From: a virus
Direction: 5' to 3' (one strand)
DNA: 64,000 nucleotides
IMG/VR virus record: IMGVR_UViG_2884693830_000001
Span: 1,459 to 65,458 of that record
The translations under genes and the position numbers were made by a program. Positions 55,579 through 64,000 of this stretch are shown piece after piece (the stretch's first letter is position 1; each line of letters begins with the position of its first letter). Below the pieces are notes generated by a model, which saw only the letters and a list, made by a program, of their open reading frames with translations, was not told where the DNA came from and did not search any database.

Positions 55579-57784
55579 CTCGATCGAGGCGGTGGAGGCG
55601 CGTGTCGCGCTCGCCGCCTCTATCGCCGCAAGGTACGCCGAGGCTGAGACGCACCTGTTCGAGGTCATCGCCAGGGCGGTGGCCAAGGGCAAGGACGCGC
55701 CGCAGCAGGCCAGCGCTCGGCTGGCTGAGGTGCAGGCACTCAGTCAACAGGCTGAGAAGATCCTGCGGGAGTTGGAAGGGCTCGCGGCGCGGGCAGTGGA
55801 GAACGGCGTCACGGAGGCGTGGGAGGCGGGGTACGAGCGGGCGGTCCAGGAGTTGGAGAGCCTGGGCGAAAGCCAGGGCATCAGCCCCGGCGCGGGTCTG
55901 GTGGAGTTGCTGAAGGAGGCGCAGGGTCTGCTGCCTGCTCTCACCACGGGGGCTTTGCGGCAGGTCAACGACATCTATCGGCAGGTGATCGCTGAGTCGA
56001 CGCCGCTGGCGCTGACCGGAGCCATGACGCGGGAGCAGGCGACCGCCCGGGCGCTGCAGAGGTTCGCCGCGAAGGGCATCACGTTCTTCGACGCCAAGGG
56101 CCGGACGTGGTCGATCTCGTCGTACGCGGAGATGGCGACCCGGACGGCGATGGCGCGGGCGGCGAATGAGGGGCACCTGGCGACGCTGCGGGCGAACGGC
56201 CGCGATCTGGTGATGGTGTCGCGGGCGCCGTACACGTGCCCGCTGTGCGACCCGTGGGAAGGCAAGGTGCTGACCCAGACCGGGGCGGCCGGCGACCGCC
56301 AGGAGAAGAACGTCCTGACGGGCGAGCCCATGACCGTGTACGTGGCGGGCACCGTGGCGCAGGCGCGTGCGGAGGGCCTGCAGCACCCGAACTGCCGGCA
56401 CACGTTCGGCATCTTCCTGCCGGGGCTGACGAAGCGTCCGCCGAAGCCGGAAGCGAAGGGCAGGTACGAGGACACGCAGAAGCAGCGCTACCTCGAACGG
56501 CAGATCAGGGGGTGGAAGCGGCGCGCGGCGGCGGCCCCTGCGGGTAGCTCGGAGAGGAAGCTCGCCGAGCAGCACGTCAAGGCGTACCAGGCGCAGATGA
56601 AGGAGCACCTGGACAAGACGGGCCTGCTTCGGCAGACGTCTCGTGAACGGGTTCGCCCGGACGAGACGACGACGCCGGATGACCACCCGTCGCTCCGGCC
56701 GAAGCCGGACAGGACTCCTCCGAGGCCCGATCCGAGCAGGACACCGCCCTCGGGGGAGCCGCAGCCGGCCAGGTCGAGGCGGTCCGGGGACGCGCCTCGT
56801 CCGGTGGTGTCCGATCGGGCGCGCAAGGCGATCGACGATGCCAAGGCCGCGCTTCCGCCCAGCAATGCGGCGTGGCTTGCTGATCGCAAGGGGCGTGAAG
56901 ACCAGGGCTACATCATCGACCGTGGGGGGCAGCGCCGCCCGTCGAGGAAGTATGAGGAGCACCTGAACGCGGTCCTGGCGGCCGGTCGGGCGTTGCTCGA
57001 TGACCTGCGTGACACGTTCGACCGGGATCCGCAGCTACGGCGTCTCCGGGAGCGCGAGCAGAAGGCGACCGGTTATCAGCGCACGCAGGAGCATCAGGCC
57101 GTGGCACGACGGGAGAAGCAGATCATCGAAAATCTGCTGGCGGATCTGCGTCCGATGGGCGGAAAGATCAATGCGGAGAGGGCCCGGCCAAGCAGCGTCG
57201 CATCGTCTTCGCGGGTCTACAAGGCCCCTGACGACTGGGACCGGTTGCTTGACGAGGCAGCGCAGCACTTCCCTGCGGATTGGCACGACCGGGTAGATCG
57301 AGATGCCCCGGCGCCCCTCAGGGTGGTCGGCTCCGAGCGGGCGTTTTTCGACTATGTCGATGATGTGATGGCTTTGCCGACCAAGCCGCGTCGATATGAC
57401 GGCGCTTTCGCGGACCAGAGCCGCGAAACTACCGTGCATGAGATGGGCCACCGCATGGAGAGGTACATTTCAGGGCTTCGACAACTGGAATACACGTTCG
57501 TGCGTCGGCGTGCAACGAATCGTGCTGGCGTACTTGATCGGCAGCGCGACATGCACGACATCTACGCCTACTACTCGCCTGGCAGGGAGTACACCTACGA
57601 AGACCAGTGGGCGAACGCCTACGCCGGAAAGGCGTACGTACCCGAGGGGCATCCTGATCCGGCCAGTGGGTACAGCGAGGTGTTCCAGGTCGGGTTGCAG
57701 GATTTGTACGGCCGTAGCAATATCCGGTTTGATCACACGGATGAGCTGCAGGCGTTCACTCTCGGGATTTTGGCGGTGCTGTGA
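55571..57784 (+). CDS. Minor capsid (MuF-like) protein with a C-terminal HExxH metallopeptidase-like extension
   Basis: GRTWSISSYAEMATRT, CPLCDPWEGK, GLQHPNCRH, QRYLERQIRGWK; Pro-rich linker; VHEMGH at 57437-57451. Confidence 0.85.
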   Translation: MADSIEAVEARVALAASIAARYAEAETHLFEVIARAVAKGKDAPQQASARLAEVQALSQQAEKILRELEGLAARAVENGVTEAWEAGYERAVQELESLGESQGISPGAGLVELLKEAQGLLPALTTGALRQVNDIYRQVIAESTPLALTGAMTREQATARALQRFAAKGITFFDAKGRTWSISSYAEMATRTAMARAANEGHLATLRANGRDLVMVSRAPYTCPLCDPWEGKVLTQTGAAGDRQEKNVLTGEPMTVYVAGTVAQARAEGLQHPNCRHTFGIFLPGLTKRPPKPEAKGRYEDTQKQRYLERQIRGWKRRAAAAPAGSSERKLAEQHVKAYQAQMKEHLDKTGLLRQTSRERVRPDETTTPDDHPSLRPKPDRTPPRPDPSRTPPSGEPQPARSRRSGDAPRPVVSDRARKAIDDAKAALPPSNAAWLADRKGREDQGYIIDRGGQRRPSRKYEEHLNAVLAAGRALLDDLRDTFDRDPQLRRLREREQKATGYQRTQEHQAVARREKQIIENLLADLRPMGGKINAERARPSSVASSSRVYKAPDDWDRLLDEAAQHFPADWHDRVDRDAPAPLRVVGSERAFFDYVDDVMALPTKPRRYDGAFADQSRETTVHEMGHRMERYISGLRQLEYTFVRRRATNRAGVLDRQRDMHDIYAYYSPGREYTYEDQWANAYAGKAYVPEGHPDPASGYSEVFQVGLQDLYGRSNIRFDHTDELQAFTLGILAVL

Positions 57785-58062
57785 GCTGGCGCGTTGAATC
57801 ACGGATCGTCCCCGGCCGGTGGGTTGACCACGATGGCGAGAGCTGGACCGCGGATGGGGTAACCACGGACCTGCTGCCAGCGCTCATCCGGAACTCTCTG
57901 CCGCTCACGCCGACAGGGCCGTGGTACGAGCCGGAGGGGGACGACGATCCTGTCGGTGTTTTCCTCTGCGCGTTGGCGCTGATACCGGCCCCCACGGTTT
58001 CGGGTGATCCTCCACCCGTGCCTCCCATCGACGCCGACGAAAACCCGAACATAGTTCACTAG
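57781..58062 (+). CDS. Small acidic protein, candidate immunity partner
   Basis: GTGA overlap with the MuF-like stop; TPTGP motif. Confidence 0.55.
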   Translation: MSWRVESRIVPGRWVDHDGESWTADGVTTDLLPALIRNSLPLTPTGPWYEPEGDDDPVGVFLCALALIPAPTVSGDPPPVPPIDADENPNIVH

Positions 58063-58214
58063 ATCACCGTGGAAGGCCCGCCCGGCGCGGGCCTTCCGCA
58101 CGTTCAGGGCGCACCCCACCAGGTGCGCCCTTTTTCATGCCCGCCCGCAGGCCGGGCGGCGTGCGACAGCCCGTAGGCCGGGCGGCACATCACCGATTCG
58201 CAAGGAGTCAGCTC

Positions 58215-59000
58215 ATGGCAGACGAGCAGATCGAGGTCTCCTCCACCGCCGACCAGGCCGCCACCCAGGCCGGTCAGGCTGGCCAGGACGCATCCGCGCC
58301 GGAAGCGGTGAAGGACACCGCTCCCGAGCAGGCGCCGGCCGCCGACGGGGACAAGGGCAAGCCGGACGCGCGGAAGATCGACGACCTTCCCACGTGGGCG
58401 CAGGCTGAACTGCGGCGCGCTCGCAACGACGCGGTCAAGTACCGCACGCAACTCCAGGAGAAGGAGAAGGCCGCCGAGCAGCAGGCCGGGCCGTCCCCGG
58501 AGGAGGTCGCCGCGGCGGCTAAGGCCGAGCTGGCGCAGCAGATCGGTAAGGCCCTCGGCCTGGTCGCCGAGGAGGAGAAGCCGGTCGACCCAAAGGAGAT
58601 GGTCGAGCGGCTGACCGCCGAGCGGGACAGCACGGCGAAGGAACGCGACTCCGAGCGGGAGCTGCACCGCCGGGCGCTCGTCGAGCTCGGCGTGCACCGC
58701 ACCGCGCTCAAGCAGGGCGCGGACGGCGACGCGCTGCTCGACAGCCGGTCGTTCCTGCGCAGCATCAAGGACCTCGACCCGAACGCCGATGACTTCGGCA
58801 CTGCCCTGGCTGAGCGGATCACTCAGGCGGTCGAGGACAACCCGAAGTTCAAGGCGGCCCAGCTGAGTGGGCCGCCCGCGAGGAGCGGAGGGGAGTTCAC
58901 CGGTGGGCCCGGTGGCCGTAGCTCCGACCCGGACCAGATGACCACCGACGACTTCCGCGCGGCGCGGCGCCGCCAGAAGTCCAACCCCAACAAGGAGTAG
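58215..59000 (+). CDS. Capsid scaffolding protein
   Basis: Coiled coil, LPTWAQAELRRARNDAVKYR, LLDSRSF, SGGEF; precedes the capsid gene. Confidence 0.85.
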   Translation: MADEQIEVSSTADQAATQAGQAGQDASAPEAVKDTAPEQAPAADGDKGKPDARKIDDLPTWAQAELRRARNDAVKYRTQLQEKEKAAEQQAGPSPEEVAAAAKAELAQQIGKALGLVAEEEKPVDPKEMVERLTAERDSTAKERDSERELHRRALVELGVHRTALKQGADGDALLDSRSFLRSIKDLDPNADDFGTALAERITQAVEDNPKFKAAQLSGPPARSGGEFTGGPGGRSSDPDQMTTDDFRAARRRQKSNPNKE

Positions 59001-59006
59001 GCCCAC

Positions 59007-59954
59007 ATGGCTAACACCTTTCTGACCCCGAGCGTGATCGCCCGCGCGGCGCTGGCCACCCTGTACGAGACCACGGTCATGGCGATGCTCGTGCACCGCG
59101 ACTACGAGGAGGAGTTCGCGGCGCGCATCGGCGACACCGTGAACGTCCGCAAGCCGGCCGTCTTCACCGCGGAGGAGTACATCAGGGACGACGGCATCAA
59201 GATCCAGAACGCTGAGGAGAAGAGCGTTCCGGTCCGCCTGAACCACTTCGCTGACGTGTCCTTCGCCGTGACCACGGAGGAGCTGACGCTGCGGATCGAG
59301 GACTTCGGCGTGCAGCTGCTCAACCCGGCGATGGAGGCCATCGCGCAGAAGATCGACCGCGACATCCTGGCGCTGCGGGACGACGTGCTGCAGGAGGTCG
59401 GCGTCACCGCGGAGGGTGGCGTGCAGTTCCCCGCGAACCCGGTCGGCAAGAACATGTTCGACTACAGCGACCCGAAGGTTGCGATCGACGCCCGGCGTGT
59501 GCTGAACCAGCGCAACGTCCCCAGCGCTGACCGCTACCTGGTGATCGGCCCGGAGATCGAGGCTCAGTGGCTGGGCGACGAGCTGTTCCACAGGGCCGAC
59601 GCGCGTGGCGACACGGACGGCCTGCGTGAGGCGTCCCTCGGTCGTCGCGTTTTCGGTTTCGACCCGTACCAGACGCAGAACATCAAGGTCCCGGTGCAGG
59701 AGACCGGCAACAGCACGACCGAGGTCGGCGTCGCCTTCCACCGGACTGCGTTCGCTCTCGTGACCCGTCCCCTGGTGCTTCCGCAGGGCGCGGCCAACGC
59801 CGCCGTGGCGTCGTACAAGGGCTTCGGCCTGCGCGTCGTCATGGACTACGACATCGACAAGAAGCAAGACGTGGTCTCGATCGACTGCCTCTACGGCACC
59901 AAGACCCTCGACGAGAACCGCGCCGTTCTCATCAAGGGCGCCGACGTCGTCTAG
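59007..59954 (+). CDS. Major capsid protein (P22-coat-like)
   Basis: MANTFLTP, RDYEEEF..IGDTVNVRKP, A..IAQKID, GRRVFGFD, SIDCLYG. Confidence 0.9.
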   Translation: MANTFLTPSVIARAALATLYETTVMAMLVHRDYEEEFAARIGDTVNVRKPAVFTAEEYIRDDGIKIQNAEEKSVPVRLNHFADVSFAVTTEELTLRIEDFGVQLLNPAMEAIAQKIDRDILALRDDVLQEVGVTAEGGVQFPANPVGKNMFDYSDPKVAIDARRVLNQRNVPSADRYLVIGPEIEAQWLGDELFHRADARGDTDGLREASLGRRVFGFDPYQTQNIKVPVQETGNSTTEVGVAFHRTAFALVTRPLVLPQGAANAAVASYKGFGLRVVMDYDIDKKQDVVSIDCLYGTKTLDENRAVLIKGADVV

Positions 59955-59961
59955 ATATCAC

Positions 59962-59979
59962 GCAAGTACTACAGCTTGC
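59962..59979. promoter_or_regulatory. GCNAG-N8-CTNGC operator-like site after the capsid gene
   Basis: TCAC-GCAAG-TACTACAG-CTTGC-GTGA, 9-bp perfect arms. Confidence 0.6.
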
Positions 59980-60045
59980 GTGATGTTCCCTGCCCGCCCG
60001 CACCCCGGGCGGGCCTTCCATCTCCCAGCCTCAGGAGGGGCAGCG

Positions 60046-60423
60046 ATGGGCCACAAGGTCAACACCGTGGACGGCAAGGCAGGCGACGTCGACCTGTCCG
60101 CCGCCCGCACCTTCACCAAGGAGTACCGCGTCCCCAAGGGCGTGGCCGGCACCTACATGGTGACCAGGCTCCCGGTCGCGTGCACGGCCATTGCTGTGCG
60201 CGCCTACCGGGCAGGCGGGATCGGCGGCGCGGTGAACGCACAGCGCAACGGCGGCAACCTGCTCGCGGAGCCCCTGGCCACCACCACGGACGCGTGGGCG
60301 GGTTGGACGCACCTGCAGAACGCCGCGTTCGCCGCGGGCGACACCCTGTCGGTCGTTACCGCCGACCCGGCGGGGAGCCCAGCCGAGGTGATCGTCCAGG
60401 TCGACTTCCGAGTGAACCCGTAG
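60046..60423 (+). CDS. Putative capsid-associated protein
   Basis: GGAGGGG RBS; beta-rich; position. Confidence 0.6.
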   Translation: MGHKVNTVDGKAGDVDLSAARTFTKEYRVPKGVAGTYMVTRLPVACTAIAVRAYRAGGIGGAVNAQRNGGNLLAEPLATTTDAWAGWTHLQNAAFAAGDTLSVVTADPAGSPAEVIVQVDFRVNP

Positions 60424-60433
60424 GGCGGCGCGC

Positions 60434-60721
60434 GTGTACGTCTACCGCAACAGCAACACCGGCGCCTTCTACGAGACACCGCAGAGGTCGGTGCGGCTGG
60501 AGACCCTGCCGAACTGGCTGCTGATTTCCGCATCGGACGGGCAGTCGGCCGACCCGGTGGCCACGCCTCCGGCCAGGTCATCGCGCCCGCTCGACACCGA
60601 CAACAGGGCCGCATGGGTCGAATACGCGATCTCCCAAGGCATGCCCCCGAAGGACGCCCGCGCCCTCAGCAAAGCCTCGCTCGTGAAGGAGTTCGGCCGA
60701 GAGGAGGACGACGATGCCTAG
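60434..60721 (+). CDS. Small protein with a C-terminal HeH/Rho-N-like helix pair
   Basis: WVEYAISQG...LSKASLVKEF. Confidence 0.6.
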   Translation: MYVYRNSNTGAFYETPQRSVRLETLPNWLLISASDGQSADPVATPPARSSRPLDTDNRAAWVEYAISQGMPPKDARALSKASLVKEFGREEDDDA

Positions 60722-61064
60722 GACCGACCTGCCCGTCACGAAGATTGTCCGCGCTGGTCACGACCTGGCGGCGGCGCTGCCCACGCCCGCGATCGCGGAC
60801 GGGCACGCGTTCGTCAACAACGGCCGCCGCATGCTCCGCGTGAAGAACACCGATGCCGCCCCACGGACGGTCACGGTGCAGATCCCCGGCGAGGTGGAGG
60901 GGCAGCCGCTGCCGGACGTGCCGTACACGATCCCGGCAGACGGCGGGGATGTGCTGATCCCACCGCTGCCCGCGGTCTACAACCAGAGCGACGGCAAGGT
61001 GTACCTCGACTACTCCGACCCGGCCGGGCTGATGGTGCACGTCCTCGAACTTCCTGCGGGGTAG
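60714..61064 (+). CDS. Structural protein
   Basis: F.NNGR..LRVKN..RTVTV..IPP...YNQ..G.VY pattern; position. Confidence 0.7.
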   Translation: MPRTDLPVTKIVRAGHDLAAALPTPAIADGHAFVNNGRRMLRVKNTDAAPRTVTVQIPGEVEGQPLPDVPYTIPADGGDVLIPPLPAVYNQSDGKVYLDYSDPAGLMVHVLELPAG

Positions 61065-61067
61065 CCG

Positions 61068-61448
61068 ATGCCGACGTACGCCACGGCCGAGGACTACACC
61101 GACTACACCGGCAAGCCGGGCCCGGACGACATCGCCCGGCGGCTCGCGCGCGCGTCGGAGCGGGTCGACGAGCTGCTGTCCAACGCGATCTACGAGACGA
61201 CCGCCGAGGGCGTCGCCGTCGACCCGGTGCTCAAGGACGCCATCACCCGGGCGACCTGCGCGCAGGCCGCGTGGACGCTCGCGGTCGGCGACGAATTCGG
61301 CACCACGTCGGCCTTTAAAAACGTGTCGATGGGGTCCGTCCGCCTGGCCAGGGTGGACACCAAGACCGGCGAGGCGCCCAGGTACGCGCAGGACGCGGTG
61401 TCGATCCTGCTGCAGGCCGGGTTCCTGATTGCGGTGATGACCTGGTGA
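61068..61448 (+). CDS. Head-tail connector (adaptor)
   Basis: YATAEDY, LARASERVD, ATCAQ. Confidence 0.8.
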   Translation: MPTYATAEDYTDYTGKPGPDDIARRLARASERVDELLSNAIYETTAEGVAVDPVLKDAITRATCAQAAWTLAVGDEFGTTSAFKNVSMGSVRLARVDTKTGEAPRYAQDAVSILLQAGFLIAVMTW

Positions 61449-61759
61449 CCGCCATCCCGGACTTCATGTTCCGCCACGAGGCGATCGTCGAGCCGCTGAC
61501 CGGCGAAGGAGCGTACGGGCCGGTCTACGGCCCCCCGGTTACGGAGCCGTGCCTGGCCGACGACAAGCGGCAACTCGTCCGCGACGCCAACGGCATGGAG
61601 ATCGTGTCCGACACGACGGTGTACTTCAAGCCCGGCGTCGTGTGCCCGCCCGGCAGCCGGGTCACGGTCAATGGCCGGTCGAGCACGGCCATCACGAGCC
61701 TCGTGCGCGACGGCGGTGGCCTGCCGACGCCCGACCATGTGGAGGTGGCGCTGAAGTGA
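61445..61759 (+). CDS. Head closure/stopper protein
   Basis: GAYGPVYG, LVRDANGMEIVS, PPGSRVT; position. Confidence 0.8.
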   Translation: MTAIPDFMFRHEAIVEPLTGEGAYGPVYGPPVTEPCLADDKRQLVRDANGMEIVSDTTVYFKPGVVCPPGSRVTVNGRSSTAITSLVRDGGGLPTPDHVEVALK

Positions 61760-62118
61760 GAGACGGCATCGACGTCGACCTCGACCTGCACCTCAACCCG
61801 GCCGCGTTCACGGAGGAGACCAAGACGACGTCGGCGCGGGCGCTCAAGGACGCGGCGCTGCACGTGCTGCAGGTTGCGAACACGAGGGTGCCCATCCAGG
61901 AGGGGCACCTGCAAGACAGCGGTGACACGGCGGTCGACCGGAACGAGATGCGGGCCTACATCAGCTACAACCAGCCGTACGCGGTGTATCAGCACGAGAA
62001 CCTCGACCTCAGGCACGCCCCCGGCCGCGAAGCGAAGTACCTGGAGACGGCGCTGGAAGAGGAAGCCGCGGCGGTGCGGGCGCTGCTTGCACAGCAGCTG
62101 AAGGAACTGTTCAGGTGA
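61756..62118 (+). CDS. Neck protein (HK97 gp10-like)
   Basis: VPIQEGHLQDSG, SYNQPYAVYQHE, AKYLE. Confidence 0.8.
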   Translation: MRDGIDVDLDLHLNPAAFTEETKTTSARALKDAALHVLQVANTRVPIQEGHLQDSGDTAVDRNEMRAYISYNQPYAVYQHENLDLRHAPGREAKYLETALEEEAAAVRALLAQQLKELFR

Positions 62119-62573
62119 CGCCGCCACCGCAGGGATGGACTCGGCTGCTTCTGGAGGGCCTCGGTCAGCTGCTGGAGGACGCGGGCGCGGGCGACTGGAA
62201 CCCCCAGGGCATCTACACTCCCGACCAGACCGCGATCACGCTCGGCGGGCTGCCCACGGCGCCGGACCTGGCTATCTCGCTCGCGACGTACGGCCTCGGC
62301 CAGGCCGGCGACGACGTCGAGCAGGCCGACAGCTCCGTGCTGGTGCAGTTCCGGATGCGGGGAGGCCCGGACCCTCGCGTGGCCGACGACCTGGCCGACG
62401 CGGTCTTCAACGCGGTGCACGGCCTGAGCGAGCGCCGCCTGTCGACCGGCGTGATGGTGCTGCTGGCTCAGCGGCGCATCATCGCCCCGCACACGCGGGA
62501 CGGTTCTGGCCGGGTGGAGCGGGCCGACAGCTACGAGCTGATGTGCGTTCGCCCCTCCACCTACCGGGACTGA
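62115..62573 (+). CDS. Tail terminator
   Basis: LGGLPTAPD, VQFRMRG, LHG..., RVERADSY. Confidence 0.75.
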   Translation: MTPPPQGWTRLLLEGLGQLLEDAGAGDWNPQGIYTPDQTAITLGGLPTAPDLAISLATYGLGQAGDDVEQADSSVLVQFRMRGGPDPRVADDLADAVFNAVHGLSERRLSTGVMVLLAQRRIIAPHTRDGSGRVERADSYELMCVRPSTYRD

Positions 62574-62645
62574 CCCTCCCCTGTTCCCCCTTGTCGCTAG
62601 CAATCGTGCTTGCGGCATTTCGGCATGCGCTCACAAGGAGATGAG

Positions 62646-63116
62646 ATGACGCTGCGCAGCCTGCTCGCCAAGGACTGGGTTGTCGAGATCAACACCGGCA
62701 CCACTGCCGCGCCGACCTGGACGCCCGTCAAGGGCCTCACCGAGTTCGCTGAGGAGATCAACACCGAGACCGAGGACGACTCGGACTTCGACGGCGACGG
62801 CTGGGCCAGCCAGGTCGTCACCCAGCGCGGCTGGACCCTGACCCTCAACGGCAACCGCAAGCGCGACGCCGACGCCGTGGCGTTCGTCCCGGACCCTGGC
62901 CAGGAGTTCCTCCGCAAGGCTGGTCACATCGTCGGCCCCGGCGCGGACGTCCACTGCCGCTGGTACCGCCGCGACGGCTCGCCCGACGCGTACGAGGGCC
63001 GCGCCGCCGTTGACTACAAGGGCGCCGGCGGAGAGAACACTGACCTGGAGCCGTTCGAGATCGAACTGCTGGGCCAGGGCAAGCCCGAGGAGATCGAGAA
63101 CCCGGTGGCGGCGTAA
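62646..63116 (+). CDS. Major tail (tube) protein
   Basis: WTPVKGL, DSDFDGDGW, LNGNRK, DPGQEFL, RWY, YEGRA, LLGQG. Confidence 0.85.
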   Translation: MTLRSLLAKDWVVEINTGTTAAPTWTPVKGLTEFAEEINTETEDDSDFDGDGWASQVVTQRGWTLTLNGNRKRDADAVAFVPDPGQEFLRKAGHIVGPGADVHCRWYRRDGSPDAYEGRAAVDYKGAGGENTDLEPFEIELLGQGKPEEIENPVAA

Positions 63117-63119
63117 CCC

Positions 63120-63599
63120 ATGGCGAAGCTCAAGGCCCTCGACGAGTTCTTCGACGACACTCTCACGCTGCCGATCAGCGGCAAGGAGTACACCATCCCT
63201 GCGCCGGACGCGGAGACCGGCCTGCTGTGCCAGCGGCTCATGCAGGCCGGTGTCGCCGCTGCGAATGGCCAGGCGGCGGACCTGTCCGACCTGGCGGAGT
63301 TGGATGACGACCAGGAGACCGACCTCTACAGGCGGTGTCTCGGCACCGTCTATGACGAGCTGCTGGCTGACAAGGTGACGTGGCCGCGGATCAAGCACGC
63401 CGGCATCACCGCGTTCCTCTGGATCGCAGTCGATCTCGACGCTGCGATGAAGTTTTGGGACGCCGGTGGCCTCCCGGAAGCACTCGCCCCGAACCGGGCC
63501 GCCTCCGAGGTGGCGGCGAATACGACTCGGCCACGGGGCTCTACGAGTGGTACGAAGCCGCCCCGGCAGGCCCAGCGCTCACGTGGGAAAAGCTCCTGA
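63120..63599 (+). CDS. Tail assembly chaperone (G-like)
   Basis: Position; LTLPISGKEYTIP, APNRAA. Confidence 0.8.
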   Translation: MAKLKALDEFFDDTLTLPISGKEYTIPAPDAETGLLCQRLMQAGVAAANGQAADLSDLAELDDDQETDLYRRCLGTVYDELLADKVTWPRIKHAGITAFLWIAVDLDAAMKFWDAGGLPEALAPNRAASEVAANTTRPRGSTSGTKPPRQAQRSRGKSS

Positions 63600-63802
63600 G
63601 CCACTGGGACCTCATCGAGGCCGATCTCCACAGCCACTACGGGATCGACCTCGATGAGCCCGGCCTGCTGGCCGGCCGCACCTGGCGGTGGCTCCGCACC
63701 CGGATCCTCGGCCTTCTGACGGCGGATACCCGGCTCGCGCGCCAGCTCGCCCCGCCTCCCGACAAGACGGCCAGCCGCGCACGGGGCCGGACACACGACT
63801 GA
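63510..63802 (+). CDS. Second tail assembly chaperone segment (T-like), overlapping in the -1 frame
   Basis: WDLIEADLHSHYGIDL..RTWRWLRTRILGLL in a frame open from 63380 with no convincing start; 5' boundary unknown. Confidence 0.6.
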
Positions 63803-63847
63803 CGGCGCTCGCGCGAGCACTACCGCTAGCACCTGGGGAGGTGAACC

Positions 63848-64000
63848 GTGGCTCTGTCCATCGGCGACCTGTACGCGACCCTGAGCCTGCGCGACAAGAT
63901 GTCTGGGCCGCTCGGCAAGGCCGAGGCGGGGATCAGGGTTCACGCCTCCGGTATCGAGGCCGCCTTCATCGCTGCGGGCTTGGCGGCCACGCGCATGGCG
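63848..64000 (+). CDS. Tape measure protein, N-terminus (truncated by the window edge)
   Basis: GGGAGG RBS; MALSIGDLYATLSLRD follows the chaperones. Confidence 0.8.
   Translation, partial: MALSIGDLYATLSLRDKMSGPLGKAEAGIRVHASGIEAAFIAAGLAATRMA

Noticed and set aside
58104-59867. Long antisense ORFs (587 aa here; also 55316-56962, 45908-47410, 54412-55692, 21632-22810, 1493-2572)
   Set aside because: They are shadows of well-supported plus-strand genes. High-GC codon bias removes stops on the opposite strand, and no motifs or RBSs support them.
63585-63591. GGGAAAA as the tail-chaperone -1 slippery site
   Set aside because: The 0-frame reads GGG-AAA-AGC, so the heptamer is not in the X-XXY-YYZ phase needed to reach the downstream frame.
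180-63830. GCNAG-N8-CTNGC as a restriction or methylation target
   Set aside because: Such sites would be randomly placed or depleted. These cluster at gene boundaries and share extended flanks.
1-64000. tRNA, rRNA or CRISPR loci
   Set aside because: None were recognised by eye. A tRNAscan or Infernal run would be needed to exclude small RNAs.

Overview
High-GC actinobacterial temperate siphophage or prophage segment, possibly a phage-plasmid. Host assignment is inference from codon style, a WhiB and actinophage-type genes. 1-18 kb: rightward early/accessory genes, including a UvrD helicase with a 297-aa intein, vWA, an ArdC-like protein, a DUF3560-methyltransferase, an RNAP alpha-CTD-like protein, a frameshifted TGT/DpdA-like gene, DUF2786, a DEDDh exonuclease and two low-GC morons. 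18-21 kb: control region with a TrmB/LuxR-type regulator, a secreted Thr/Pro-rich peptide, an XRE repressor and a divergent excisionase-type HTH. 21-35 kb: recombination, HU, WhiB, MazG-like, HAD, SLOG, J-domain and rep/iteron genes. 35-42 kb: an IS256 element with an 8-bp target duplication, a Cre-like recombinase with an adjacent 34-bp lox-like site, and a NucA/NucB toxin-immunity pair. 44-48 kb: a translationally coupled ParB-like / C5 DNA methyltransferase (motif X Asn->Arg) / asparagine-synthetase-like / CmoA-like operon, the strongest candidate for a cytosine carboxymethyl -> carbamoylmethyl DNA hypermodification pathway. 48-64 kb: RusA, terminase, an unusual fibre-like cassette before the portal, portal, a minor capsid (MuF-like) protein with a HExxH extension, scaffold, capsid, neck, tail tube, chaperones and the start of the tape measure. 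An 18-bp GCNAG-N8-CTNGC pseudo-palindrome recurs near about 15 gene starts or boundaries. All family calls are by motif recognition, not database search.
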